Source: Hormiphora californensis | Taxonomy: Eukaryota > Animalia > Ctenophora | Direction of reading: 5' to 3' | Length of the DNA: 64,000 bases | Assembly: GCA_020137815.1 (NCBI GenBank) | Contig: CM035353.1 | Coordinates: forward strand, 682,001-746,000 | Shown: positions 13,324 through 26,652 of the stretch, piece after piece | Numbering within the stretch: the first letter of the stretch is position 1 | Layout of the letters: the number at the start of each line of letters is the position of its first letter | Position numbers and translations under genes: made by a program | Notes under the pieces: generated by a model | Told to the model about the DNA's origin: nothing | Databases searched by the model: none | What the model saw: the letters and a program-made list of their open reading frames with translations, nothing else

Positions 13324-16300
13324 CAGGGTGTGAACTGCATGTCGTGTTTGCTAGTCGCGAGCGCGCTTGCGAGACAAGCAAACACGTCAAGGTTCATTAA
13401 CAAGCATGCTGCTCAGTCATTTTAGATTTAATACACAATGTAAGGATACCATGTAATAGGTGAGACTCTTGCCGTCACCCTCGTTCAAGTCCCGTGAAAA
13501 ACGGAGCAGTACACGCAAACTGGTGCCCATTTTCCTCGCGTGACCCCGATTCAGCAGTTTGAGACACCAACTCTTTAGGGGGCCATATCTCAGGAACCAG
13601 ACAAGATAGGAAAAATCGCCGTCTAATGAGGCGTACAGTTTTTAATCTAGTTTACCACTGTACCGGCCGTTTCACTCTCCGACCTAAAACAAAAATCGCA
13701 ACCCCACAAAACTTCAAAATAATGAAATTCGCATCTCGCATGTCGTGTTGCATGTCGTGTCATGTTATTGACGCGCTCGCGTTCAACTCTCACACAGCAG
13801 CTGCAGAACATGGCGGGAAACATCGAGGAGTAGAGAGAGGGTCGGTGCCGAATCAAATATTTCTTGATCTTGATCTATTCCATCTCTCAGCTATCCTACC
13901 CCTCATCAACTCGATCTCTCAGCTACCCTACCCCTCATCTACTCCATCTTTCAGCTACCCTACCCCTCATCTACTCCATCTTTCAGCTACCCTACCCCTT
14001 ATCTAGTCCATCTCTCAGCTACCCTACTCCTCATCTACTCCATCTCTCAGCTTCCCTATTAGGGAAGCATAGAGATGGAAACGATTAGGGGTAGGGAATC
14101 CCTATCCATAATCGTTTCCATCTCTATGCTTCCCTAGCCATCATCAACTCCATCTTTCAGCTACCCTACCCCTAATCTAGTCCATCTCTCCGCTACCCTA
14201 CTCCTCATCTACTCCATCTCTCAGCTACCCTACCTCCCATTTACTCCATCTCTCAGCTTCCCTACCTCCCATTTACTCCATCTCTCAGCTTACCTACCTC
14301 CCATTTACTCCATATCTCAGCTTCCCTACCTGCCATTTACTCCATCTCTCAGATACCCTACCTCCCATTTACTCCATCTCTCAGCTTACCTACCTCCCAT
14401 TCACTCCATCTCTCAGGTTCCCTACCTCCCATTTACTCCATCTCTCAGCTTCCCTACCTCCCATTTACTCCATCCCTCAGCGTCCCTACCTCCCATTTAC
14501 TCCATCCTTGCCTCCCATTTACTCCATCTCTCAGCTACCCTACCTCCCATTCACTCCATCTCTCAACTACCCTACCCCCCATTTACTCCATCTCTCAGCT
14601 TCCCTACCTCCCATTTACTCCATCTCTCAGCTTCCCTACCTCCCATTTACTCCATCCCTCAGCTTCCCTACCTCCCATTTACTCCATCTCTCAGCTTCCC
14701 TACCTCCCATTTACTTCATCCCTCAGCTTCCCTACCTCCCATTTACTCCATCCTTGCCTCCCATTTACTCCATCTCTCAGCTACCCTACCTCCCATTCAC
14801 TCCATCTCTCAACTACCCTACCCCCCATTTACTCCATCTCTCAGCTTCCCTACCTCCCATTTACTCCATCTCTCAGCTTCCCTACCTCCCATTTACTCCA
14901 TCCCTCAACTTCCCTACCTCCCATTTACTCCATCTCTCAGCTTCCCTACCTCCCATTTACTCCATCTCTCAGCTACCCTACCTCCCATTTACTTCATCTC
15001 TCAGCTTCCCTACCTCCCATTTACTCCATCTCTCAGCTTCCCTACCTCCCATTTACTCCATCGCTTACTTTCCCTACCTCCCATTTACTCCATTTCTCAG
15101 CTTCCCTACCTCCCATTTACTCCATCTCTCAGCTACCCTACCTCCCATTTACTCCATTTCTCAGCTTCCCTACTTCTCATTTACTCCATCTCTCAGCTAC
15201 CCTACCACCCATTTACTCCATCTCTCAGCTTCCCTACCTCCCATTTACTCCATCTCTCAGGGGTAGGAATGTTAGGATAAATGAGAGATGGAGTAAATGG
15301 GAGGTAGGGAAGGTAAGAGATGGAGTAAATGGGAGGTAGGGAAGCTGAGAGATGGAGTAAATGGGAGGTAGGGAAGGTAAGCGATGGAGTAAATGGGAGG
15401 TAGGGTAGCTGAGAGATGGAGTAAATGGGAGGTAGGGAAGCTGAGAGATGGAGTAAATGGGAGGTAGGGAAGGTAAGCGATGGAGTAAATGGGAGGTAGG
15501 GTAGTTGAGAGATGGAGTGAATGGGAGGTAGGGTAGCTGAGAGATGGAGTGAATGGGAGGTAGGGAAGCTGAGAGATGGAGTAAATGGGAGGTAGGGTAG
15601 CTGAGAGATGGAGTAAATGGGAGGTAGGGTAGCTGAGAGATGGAGTGAATGGGAGGTAGGGTAGCTGAGAGATGGAGTAAATGGGAGGTAGGGAAGCTGA
15701 GAGATGGAGTAAATGAGAGGTAGGGTAGTTGAGAGATGGAGTGAATGGGAGGTAGGGTAGCTGAGAGATGGAGTAAATGGGAGGCAAGGATGGAGTAAAT
15801 GGGAGGTAGGGAAGCTGAGGGATGGAGTAAATGGGAGGTAGGGAAGCTGAGAGATGGAGTAAATGGGAGGTAGGGAACCTGAGAGATGGAGTGAATGGGA
15901 GGTAGGGTAGCTGAGAGATGGAGTAAATGGGAGGTAGGGAAGCTGAGAGATGGAGTAAATGGGAGGTAGGGAACCTGAGAGATGGAGTGAATGGGAGGTA
16001 GGTAAGCTGAGAGATGGAGTAAATGGGAGGTAGGGTATCTGAGAGATGGAGTAAATGGCAGGTAGGGAAGCTGAGAGATGGAGTAAATGGGAGGTAGGTA
16101 AGCTGAGAGATGGAGTAAATGGGAGGTAGGGAAGCTGAGAGATGGAGTAAATGGGAGGTAGGGTAGCTGAGAGATGGAGTAGATGAGGAGTAGGGTAGCG
16201 GAGAGATGGACTAGATTAGGGGTAGGGTAGCTGAACGATGGAGTTGATGAGGGCTAGGGAAGCATAGAGATGGAAACGATTATGGATAGGGATTCCCTAC

Positions 16301-17067
16301 CCCTAATCGTTTCCATCTCTATGCTTCCCTAATAGGGAAGCTGAGAGATGGAGTAGATGAGGAGTAGGGTAGCTGAGAGATGGACTAGATAAGGGGTAGG
16401 GTAGCTGAAAGATGGAGTAGATGAGGGGTAGGGTAGCTGAAAGATGGAGTAGATGAGGGGTAGGGTAGCTGAGAGATCGAGTTGATGAGGGGTAGGATAG
16501 CTGAGAGATGGAATAGATCAAGATCAAGAAATATTTGATTCGGCACCGACCCTCTCTCTACTCCTCGATGTTTCCCGCCATGTTCTGCAGCTGCTGTGTG
16601 AGAGTTGAACGCGAGCGCGTCAATAACATGACACGACATGCAACACGACATGCGAGATGCGAATTTCATTATTTTGAAGTTTTGTGGGGTTGCGATTTTT
16701 GTTTTAGGTCGGAGAGTGAAACAGCCGGTACAGTGGTAAACTAGATTAAAAACTGTACGCCTCATTAGACGGCGATTTTTCCTATCTTGTCTGGTTCCTG
16801 AGATATGGCCCCCTAAAGAGTTGGTGTCTCAAACTGCTGAATCGGGGTCACGCGAGGAAAATGGGCACCAGTTTGCGTGTACTGCTCCGTTTTTCACGGG
16901 ACTTGAACGAGGGTGACGGCAAGAGTCTCACCTATTACATGGTATCCTTACATTGTGTATTAAATCTAAAATGACTGAGCAGCATGCTTGTTAATGAACC
17001 TTGACGTGTTTGCTTGTCTCGCAAGCGCGCTCGCGACTAGCAAACACGACATGCAGTTCACACCCTG
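13324..17067. mobile_element. 3.7-kb foldback (FB-like) palindromic element with internal 32-bp tandem repeats; candidate 5-bp TSD ATAAT
   Basis: Near-identical inverted arms starting CAGGGTGTGAACTGC; mirrored ORFs 13626+/16385-; symmetry axis at ~15260-15280. Confidence 0.9.
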
Positions 17068-17232
17068 ATAATAGGGGAGCCTGGTACAGTGGCCAGCGTC
17101 ACGGCCACTCTGTGGTTCTTGATAGGGCAGCCTGGTACAGCGGCCAGCGTCACGGCCTCTCTGGGTGCTGGGTGGGGTTACTTACTGTCGGAGCAATTTG
17201 GCCCTATTCAGGAGCATTCGAGAACAGTGGTC

Positions 17233-18431
17233 TGTGGTGGGAGAAATGGCTCACCCTAGAACAATTGCAAGTTAATAGCAAAAATGCATAATAACCTGTG
17301 AATCACTTGTAATTCGAAGTTCAAACTAGTTTTGAAATAGTTTTGAAATTTTTTTAGAAAAATTTTAGTTTTGAAATAGCTTTTGAAATAGTTTTGAAAT
17401 AGCTTTTGAAATAGTTTTGAAATAGCTTTTGAAATAGCTTTTGAAATAGCTTTTGAAATAGCTTTTGAAATAGCTTTTGAAATGGCTTTGGACGGGTGGT
17501 AGAAATGGCTCATGTGGCTCATCTGGCAGCTGCACGATCATTATGAACACAAGGACATTCATATAAAAGCGAAAACCAGTGTACCCGACTAATTTTAATA
17601 CGCTGAATCACGTGAGCAACTCTGGCGAGCGCTCAGATGTGAAGAAAGTGCACTAATTGAGCATAATTGGGTGTAATTGACCGGACTTACAACTTTTCTC
17701 CTGAAAACGCTAGAAGTTAATGTGAGGGCACTTTTCCGACTAACTTTGATACGCTGAATCACGTAAAAAACTTTTCCAAGCCCTCAGAGGTGAAGAAAGT
17801 GCCCTAATTGAGCAATTATGGTCAATTAGACCCAATCAGACTCAATTAGGGCAATTTCCCCGCCTCTTAGGGCTTGGAAAAGTTGCTTACGTGAATCAGC
17901 GTATCAAAGTTAGTCGGAAAAGTGCCCTCACATTAACTTCTAGCGTTTTCAGGGAAAAAGTTGTAAGTCCGATCAATTACACCCAATTATGCTCAATTAG
18001 GGCACTTTCTTTACATCTGAGCGCTTGCCAGAGTTGCTCACGTGATTCAGCGTATTAAAATTAGTCGGGTACACTGGTTTTCGCTTTTATATGAATGTCC
18101 TTGTGTTCATAATAATCGTGCAGCTGCCAGATGAGCCACATGAGCCATTTCTACCACCCGTCCAAAGCCATTTCAAAAGCTATTTCAAAAGCTATTTCAA
18201 AAGCTATTTCAAAAGCTATTTCAAAACTATTTCAAAAGCTATTTCAAAACTATTTCAAAAGCTATTTCAAAACTATTTCAAAAGCTATTTCAAAACTAAA
18301 ATTTTTCTAAAAAAATTTCAAAACTATTTCAAAACTAGTTTGAACTTCGAATTACATGTGATTTACAGGTTATTATGCATTTTTGCTATTAACTTGCAAT
18401 TGTTCTAGGGTGAGCCATTTCTCCCACCACA
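17233..18431. mobile_element. 1.2-kb palindromic element with TGT...ACA termini, 6-bp TSD GTGGTC and internal (TTTTGAAATAGC)n
   Basis: Arms of ~590 bp; TSD 17227-17232 and 18432-18437. Confidence 0.85.
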
Positions 18432-19137
18432 GTGGTCAGAGCATTGACGGTTCACTTACCGTTTATAGAGAACAGTGGTCAGAGCATTGACGGTTCACTT
18501 ACCGTTTATAGAGGTCAGTGGTCAGAGCATTGACGGTTCACTTACCGTTTATAGAGGAGCCATAGTACAGTGGTCAGACTCAGAGCATTGACGCGGTTCA
18601 CTTACCGTTTATAGAGGTCAGTGGTCAGAGCATTGACGGTTCACTTACCGTTTATAGAGGTCAGTGGTCAGAGCATTGCATACGGTTCACTTACCGTTTA
18701 TAGAGGTCAGTGGTCAGAGCATTGACGGTTCACTTACCGTTTATAGAGGTCAGTGGTCAGAGCATTGCATACGGTTCACTTACCGTTTATAGAGGTCAGT
18801 GGTCAGAGCATTGCTGACGGTTCACTTACCGTTTATAGAGGTCAGTGGTCAGAGCATTGACGGTTCACTTACCGTTTATAGAGGTCAGTAGTCAGAGCAT
18901 AGACGGTTCACTTACCGTTTATAGAGGTCAGTGGTCAGAGCATTGCATACGGTTCACTTACCGTTTATAGAGGTCAGTGGTCAGAGCATTGCTGACGGTT
19001 CACTTACCGTTTATAGAGGTCAGTAGTCAGAGCATTGACGGTTCACTTACCGTTTATAGAGGTCAGTAGTCAGAGCATAGACGGTTCACTTACCGTTTAT
19101 AGAGGTCAGTAGTCAGAGCATTCACGGTTCACTTACC
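18432..19137 (-). repeat. 43-bp minisatellite made of a duplicated splice donor (left part)
   Basis: Minus-strand unit TCTATAAACG|GTAAGTGAACCGTCAATGCTCTGACCACTGACC. Confidence 0.92.
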
Positions 19138-19234
19138 TGTGTATTGGGATGTGGCGGATGGGATTGAAATTAGGTTTAGTAGGTCTCATCCTTGATATTG
19201 AGAGTGTATGTTGTAAACAGCAAAGACAAGATGA

Positions 19235-19269
19235 TTCAACGTTTCGGATTTAATATCCTTTATCAAGAA
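19235..19269 (-). ncRNA. Minimal hammerhead ribozyme copy
   Basis: Reverse complement of 27141-27175. Confidence 0.78.
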
Positions 19270-21195
19270 ATTGGATAACAACAAATAAAAGAATCAAAGA
19301 AGAAATCCACATCGTGCTCCTTCAGAAAATCAGACAGTGTCTAGTGGATAAATCCATTGAGCTCCTCTTTCCTGTTTAACTCCGGTTTTCCTCTGGTGAT
19401 TTCTTGGCTTTCTGCTAAAAAGGTGCCAAGTGTGTCTCTGGATTTCCGAATGATATCGACCTTGAAGAGGCCAAAGAAGGAGGTCCAGTCTCTTCTGCCT
19501 GTGATCCCCGTGGCCAGCTCCGGGTGGGTATTAAGACAATGCTCTCCCAGGGCAGAGGTATTAGTACCAAGTCTCACGGAGGCCTCATGCTCGCCGAGTC
19601 TGTCTTTTAGTGGACGTGACGTTGCGCCTATGTATCCCTTGTCACACTCCATGCATGTTGTCCTGTATACCACGTGTGGCCAGTCACATGGGACTTCGTG
19701 TTGATGAATAACACAATCACATTCCCTAGCAGAGTTTTTTATAAGATCTCGTTTTACAAGAGACTCTACTTTGCTACCCGAGGTTGTGGTGATTCTGATG
19801 GGCAGTGAGCATTTCTTTACGACATTCCTGATCTTCCTTAGTGCAGCCTCGTTGGTGTAGGGAACTTTTAGGAGGAAGTCCGCTTCCTTAGAATGGTTGG
19901 AAGGTCGGGGTGTAGGGATTTTGTTGAGCTCAGTAGCGATGATGTTGCTGATGGTTGTCCAGGGGTATCCAGAATCCGCCAGATTAATTCTTAACCTTTC
20001 TAGGTGGGGGTATGCTAGTTCTCTGGTCGAGCATCGGTTGAGAACACGCCTGGATTCCGTTCTCACAATGTTGAGCTTGATAGTCTGCTCACAATGTGAG
20101 TCGTAGTGAAGGTATCTCCCGCTGTGAGTAGCTTTTTGGAAGAGCTCCCACTCAAGTCCGTAATAGGTTGAAGTTGGTAATACAACTGTGCGGACTAGGA
20201 TGTCGAGGAAACTCAGCTCAGTAGATCCAGTCTGCTTTCCGGGGGAAGGTTCTTCTCTCGTGAACCGTACTGATGGCCAGATGTTGTTAAGGTTAGAGAC
20301 AAATTGGTCACAGTGCTCTTTCTTTCTCCACATGCTATGACTATCATCGACGTATAAAGCCAGGGTCAGGGGTCGCTCCAAAGCTGGTGTAAGGGAGAGA
20401 GCCTTTTCGTACATGTTGTCAACGAGGATCTCAGCGTATGCACCAGAACAGTGATATCCGGTTCCTATCCCAGTGAGTTGTCGGTAGTAGCCACCGGCCG
20501 CCTCTGCATAGATGTGTGTGTGTGTCGTGTACCTCCCGTACTTCCACCCACTTGCTGTCGTTGGGGAGCAGCGATCCCTAGATTTCACAGTTCTCTCCTC
20601 AGGTCACCAACACACATGGCTGCCCAGAGCGCCGTGCTCGATCTCCCGGTCAGGTCCCACCAAGGTAGCGCCGGGTTTCCCCGGTACCCCTTAGTGGTAC
20701 CCTTCCATTGGAAGACACGAGTCGACAGACGAGAACTGTTTCGATAAAGAGCATGAAGGTCACCACCAACAGCAGGCGCACTAGTACTACTGTACCAGTC
20801 TTACGGTACTGGGTTTCCCCAGAATAGGTTAAATCGCCGAACGATAGTGCGCGTTCATCTTCACCATGATGAGGCACCATTTGTGCACTACCACCTGCCT
20901 GTTTCCAGGCGTGTACCTCTGATCGGGGTACAGTGGTAGGGTTCGGTCCATCGAGTCGTCATAGCAGCTATGATCGAGTCGACCCAGGTGGCGCTGTTCT
21001 TTTTGTTTAGCCGATCTAGTTGTGGGGGGCCAGTCCAAAGACTAGTGACTTGGTTTTTATTGCGCTTTTGCTAGTTGCGGATTTGCTTCTGCCGTGATGG
21101 TTTCAACAGACTCTACCTGATGAGATCAGGGCTTTGCCAGTGTGCACTTTTAAACTACCGTTGGTATAGAATCATTTTGGTGGTAGCGTTATGTT

Positions 21196-22434
21196 TTATT
21201 TGAATAGACCGGATTTGGTGACTACGTTGGTGAGTTTCCTTAGTTCCAGTGGCTCGTCTTCATTGTAAATGTTTTCTTTGATGTTTTGATACTCTTGAGT
21301 GAATCTGAGGTGGTCAAGGTCAGGACAGTTTAGTAGTTTGTGTTTGGAGTTTTCTCTTTCCCCACATAACTCACAGTTGGGATTTATGGAAGGGTCTCTG
21401 TGGGAGAGGGCGCTTCCTAGGTTGTTCTGGCCCGATATGGCCAGTGTCAGACTTCTCATTGTCTCCTTGTTTTTGATTGTTAGTTTAGTGTTTTCTCTAA
21501 TAATCTTTCCGATAATCGTTGTGGTAAACTCAGAGTAATTTTTCGTCTTTAGTTCGGCGATTGTCCCTGTCTTGTGTTGTTGTTTCAGCTTTGTCGTTAT
21601 TTGACTCTTTGTTTGTCCTAGTGCATTCTGGGTGTTTTTGCTGTTTGCAGTCGCTTGTTTTGCTATTTGGTCTGCCCTCTCATTGCCTTCTATGTTTGCG
21701 TGGGCCTTCACCTTTACTTTTTCTACGCCATTATCTCTTTGCAGTTCGTGTATACTTCGTAGAGTTTCGGTTAGTTGTTTGGAGTTTGAGAAGTTTCTTG
21801 TTAGTCTTCTCAGTGTAGTGCTAGAGTCGGTGTGGATCACTAGGTGTGACTCCTTTGTTTCCATTTCTAGTAGTTTCTTTATTACCATATGTATTGCCAG
21901 TAGCTCTGCTTGGTTTATGGTGTTTTCGGGTGCAAGGGGCTCTTGAAGGATGATTTCCTGGTTATCCATGTAGATTATGGCTCCTGCTCCTGTCACGTGT
22001 GTTGAGTCTATCTTAATTCTTGACCCATCTGTGTACGCGTTTATTACTTTGTTCTTGCTCAGTTGGGAGTTTTGTTCAAAGGTTATATCGGTGTATTTTG
22101 TCTGGTCGATGGCATTAGGAGTTTTTAGGCTTGTTAAGAGTAATTTCATCGCCTTCGAGTGCGTTAGATGCGCTCTTTTTTCGTGGAAGGGGTCTGTCCA
22201 CCAGTTTCCCTCAGCCTTCAGGTGTATGTAGTTGTTGATACTTTCTTTGTTGATATGGTAGGTGACATCGTCCACTCCTGCCATTGTGGTTAGCACTATG
22301 TGCTGAGTGTGTTCGTGTCCTCCGGTGATCCTTCGAGTGATAGAGTTCTGTGCTGCTTCCAGCTTCATCTTGAGTGTTTGGTTTTTCAGCGCTTTCTGTC
22401 CCCATATGCCTGCCCCGTATGTCAGGGTCTTCAT
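21196..22434 (-). pseudogene. Non-LTR ORF2 C-terminal fragment: RNase H plus CCHC zinc finger
   Basis: YTDGS, QAELLAI, IHTDS, VKAHANIEGNERADQIAK, CELCGERENSKHKLLNC. Confidence 0.88.
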
Positions 22435-22867
22435 AAGGATATTGTCGTGAACGTATCTGCCTTAGGCTGTGCTTATTCCCCATTTTGTTGTCATGAGGTG
22501 TCTCAGTGGTCTCGCAGATCTTTTAATTGTTTCTGTTTTATTTTGGACGTGGGCTTTGTAGTTTAAGTTTTTGTCCAGGGTTAAATTCCTAGATACATCG
22601 CCTGGTTTGTGACTGGGATAGTGTAGTGCTAGAGTCGGTGTGGATCACTAGGTGTGACTCCTTTGTTCCCATTTCTGGTAGTTTCTTTATTACCAATTGT
22701 ATTGCCAGTAGCTCTGCTTGATTTATGGTGTTTTCGGGTGCTGTTAGTTTTCCAAAATCCAGTTTCTGGTTTTTGTCATATATGTTTTGTTGTATCGTGT
22801 ATCGCCGATACTATCGGAAATTTAAATGTTTCAATATCAAGCAAAAGTGAAAAAAGATATCTATAAA

Positions 22868-22939
22868 GTCGCCTGACCGGGATTTGAACCTGGCATCTTA
22901 TGCTTCTTAGCCCAGAAAGTGGCCATTAGACCACGGAGC
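22868..22939 (-). other. tRNA-derived Pol III promoter (SINE-like head)
   Basis: A box TGGTCTAATGG and B box GGTTCAAATCC; no intact cloverleaf. Confidence 0.6.
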
Positions 22940-25125
22940 TGTTAGGTACAGTGCAATTCAGATATACTTATCCTGTGCCGAGATTAGAAATTTTGGCAGA
23001 GGTTCCCCAGGGGCTCCTGGCCCCTACTCGGTTTTTCAAGAAAGTTCACCCGGCCAGATTCTGGCCCGCCGGTGCCTGTTATTGGAGCAACAGGAGCCCT
23101 TGCACAAAAGCTTTATTGGCACTTGAGTAATGTTGGTATATATATACTAAGTGTTATCGTGTTGGTCGTAGGGCAGGATTCCCTCAATTTGTGTTAATAC
23201 CATTTGTTACAGTTGACCGCACTTTATTGATCCATCAGGCCCCAGGATCGCGGCTACGGGACCTATCCCTGGCCTTTCCCCAGAGAGACCTCCCTCCCCG
23301 GGTCCTTCCTGTGAAGGACCCGCAGCACCCACCCCCCATGAGATTAGGCCCTAGGCTGCCACAGGGAGTCAGAAAATCCTGTCACCTGACTCCCCCCGCA
23401 GTCTGCATAGATGTGATCCATAACAAACCTTATCATGGTGGTAATGTGGTGTGGGGAGAAACCTAGGAGGTCGATGTCATAGCGTCGGAGGTACCGGTTG
23501 ATGATCGTGAGTGCCTTGTCACAAGTTGGAAGTGTGGGATACATAGACTCAATGTCTAGGGATGCTTGGTAGGGTTGGCCATTGACTGTGTTCCTCGTGA
23601 GGCACTTGGAAATGAACTCATCGCCACTTTTTACCCTGTGTTTGAGGTGGGGTAACACTTGGGTGAGGACCTTGCTGGTGATTAGGTCAAGTATCTCTAT
23701 TGCACTGCCATGGATGGGTTGAACTACCCTAACTTTGCAATCCGGGAAGGAGCCCTTATGATCTTTGGCGAGGGGGTATAAAGGAGGGGCTTTACTGTGT
23801 CTAGCTGTTAGTCGTTTCATGACATGACTGTCGACGATACCAGCATCTTTAAGGCAGGAATGTAGTAGAGTGTTAGCCTCCTTCTCGTACTTTGCTGAAG
23901 GGTCTCCTTTCGTTGACAGGCGTTCCCAGCCATTAGACAGGTGTTCTGTCATTTTGGAGTCCACAACATCGCTGTCCATCACACAGATTTTACCAGTTTT
24001 GTCAGTGGGAAGGATGGTAATTTCAGGTCGTTTGACTGTCTCCTTGTAGCTGTTCAATTCCTCTTTCCTGTGATTCTTCTTCCACTTCCAGGTTGGTGAA
24101 TTGGGGCTGTACTTGATGATAGGTTGGAGTTTGTCTCGTAGGAAAGTGATGTTCTTTTCTGTGTCATCATCCACCCGTCTTGGGGGTTTGATTTCCCGAT
24201 GTTCAAACTGTGATGCTGCTTTCTTCAGAGATGCTGGGGCATTTCCTCTCCTAGTGTTAGTGTTAGTGGGGGAAGGTGTGGGGATGGTGGGGGAGGTGGA
24301 AATGTTTTGAGCAGATTTGCAGTACCTGATTGCACAAATGGTTCTCTCGAGATTGATATTTGCAGTATCCGCAAGTGTGGATTTTCGAGAGGATGGTGTG
24401 AGCATGTATCCAGGGCCTCGTGAGATCAGGTCCCGACAGTTGGGATCCAGTTCTGCAGAAGACCTTGATACATCGACATGTGCGACAGTTCCTCCTGTTC
24501 CTTGGCGATGTTGGGTGTTAGGGTGGTTTGGGGCGAGTCCATGTTTTTTAGCAGCGAACTTTCTGTCATGTGACTCTTTCACTGTTGCTGCAGTTTCAGA
24601 TCTGATTCTTGCAGCTGTAGCCAGGGTGAGATTGAGTTGCTTGTTGGTCAGGACATCAGATAGATTTTCATGCACTCTCGTTAGACGATGTTTTTCAAGA
24701 CGAAGTGACACGTACTTCTCTGAGATCATTGAAGACAGGGTTGCACGTTGAAAACGAGATTTTAGTTTCTCCCAATGTAGTCGATGTTTGTTGACTGTGG
24801 AGACAGCATCAGAGTGTTGTAGGAGATGAAAGGGTCCAGTAGTGGTTGTGCCTTGGATATCTGTGAACAGTCGTGGGAAGCGGATGTTGGTGATTGACTT
24901 AGGTAGGAGCTTGTGATTCTTCAGCTGGTGTAAAAAGCTGATTTGTTGTTGGAGTTTACCAATTTTCTTGTTTGCGTTTACTACTCTGCCGACCATTGCC
25001 ATAACTCCAGAATTTTCTGGGTGCCAAATGTGTATTGGGATGTGGCGGATGGGATTGAAATTAGGTTTAGTAGGTCTCATCCTTGATATTGAGAGTGTAT
25101 GTTGTAAACAGCAAAGACAAGATGA

Positions 25126-25160
25126 TTCAACGTTTCGGATTTAATATCCTTTATCAAGAA
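25126..25160 (-). ncRNA. Minimal hammerhead ribozyme copy
   Basis: Reverse complement of 27141-27175. Confidence 0.78.
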
Positions 25161-25231
25161 ATTGGATAACAACAAATAAAAGAATCAAAGAAGAAATCCA
25201 CATCGTGCTCCTTCAGAAAATCAGACAGTGT

Positions 25232-26652
25232 CTAGTGGATAAATCCATTGAGCTCCTCTTTCCTGTTTAACTCCGGTTTTCCTCTGGTGATTTCTTGGCT
25301 TTCTGCTAAAAAGGTGCCAAGTGTGTCTCTGGATTTCCGAATGATATCGACCTTGAAGAGGCCAAAGAAGGAGGTCCAGTCTCTTCTGCCTGTGATCCCC
25401 GTGGCCAGCTCCGGGTGGGTATTAAGACAATGCTCTCCCAGGGCAGAGGTATTAGTACCAAGTCTCACGGAGGCCTCATGCTCGCCGAGTCTGTCTTTTA
25501 GTGGACGTGACGTTGCGCCTATGTATCCCTTGTCACACTCCATGCATGTTGTCCTGTATACCACGTGTGGCCAGTCACATGGGACTTCGTGTTGATGAAT
25601 AACACAATCACATTCCCTAGCAGAGTTTTTTATAAGATCTCGTTTTACAAGAGACTCTACTTTGCTACCCGAGGTTGTGGTGATTCTGATGGGCAGTGAG
25701 CATTTCTTTACGACATTCCTGATCTTCCTTAGTGCAGCCTCGTTGGTGTAGGGAACTTTTAGGAGGAAGTCCGCTTCCTTAGAATGGTTGGAAGGTCGGG
25801 GTGTAGGGATTTTGTTGAGCTCAGTAGCGATGATGTTGCTGATGGTTGTCCAGGGGTATCCAGAATCCGCCAGATTAATTCTTAACCTTTCTAGGTGGGG
25901 GTATGCTAGTTCTCTGGTCGAGCATCGGTTGAGAACACGCCTGGATTCCGTTCTCACAATGTTGAGCTTGATAGTCTGCTCACAATGTGAGTCGTAGTGA
26001 AGGTATCTCCCGCTGTGAGTAGCTTTTTGGAAGAGCTCCCACTCAAGTCCGTAATAGGTTGAAGTTGGTAATACAACTGTGCGGACTAGGATGTCGAGGA
26101 AACTCAGCTCAGTAGATCCAGTCTGCTTTCCGGGGGAAGGTTCTTCTCTCGTGAACCGTACTGATGGCCAGATGTTGTTAAGGTTAGAGACAAATTGGTC
26201 ACAGTGCTCTTTCTTTCTCCACATGCTATGACTATCATCGACGTATAAAGCCAGGGTCAGGGGTCGCTCCAAAGCTGGTGTAAGGGAGAGAGCCTTTTCG
26301 TACATGTTGTCAACGAGGATCTCAGCGTATGCACCAGAACAGTGATATCCGGTTCCTATCCCAGTGAGTTGTCGGTAGTAGCCACCGGCCGCCTCTGCAT
26401 AGATGTGATCCATAACAAACCTTATCATGGTGGTAATGTGGTGTGGGGAGAAACCTAGGAGGTCGATGTCATAGCGTCGGAGGTACCGGTTGATGATCGT
26501 GAGTGCCTTGTCACAAGTTGGAAGTGTGGGATACATAGACTCAATGTCTAGGGATGCTTGGTAGGGTTGGCCATTGACTGTGTTCCTCGTGAGGCACTTG
26601 GAAATGAACTCATCGCCACTTTTTACCCTGTGTTTGAGGTGGGGTAACACTT
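25232..26652 (-). mobile_element. 5'-truncated tandem Penelope copy (RT C-half plus GIY-YIG)
   Basis: Near-identical to the 3' half of the full ORF. Confidence 0.9.

Larger units (their letters stand above)
20517..23401 (-). mobile_element. Internally deleted non-LTR retrotransposon (RNase H-bearing, I-group-like) with (CA)n 3' tail
   Basis: 14-bp TSD; CA tail at 20517-20525; RT thumb remnant with stop and frameshift at ~22435-22610. Confidence 0.82.
19341..25080 (-). pseudogene. Penelope RT/GIY-YIG ORF interrupted by a 2.9-kb insertion
   Basis: The two halves match the 946-aa ORF; 14-bp TSD TCTGCATAGATGTG at 20503-20516 and 23402-23415. Confidence 0.93.

Noticed and set aside
13626-16765. 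Mirrored ORFs of 70-250 aa
   Set aside because: They are translations of foldback arms and the 32-bp satellite
22868-22939. Functional tRNA gene
   Set aside because: Only A/B boxes are present; acceptor and anticodon stems are not convincing
23235-23401. HDV-like ribozyme at the non-LTR 5' end
   Set aside because: Hairpins are present but I could not fit the nested double pseudoknot by eye
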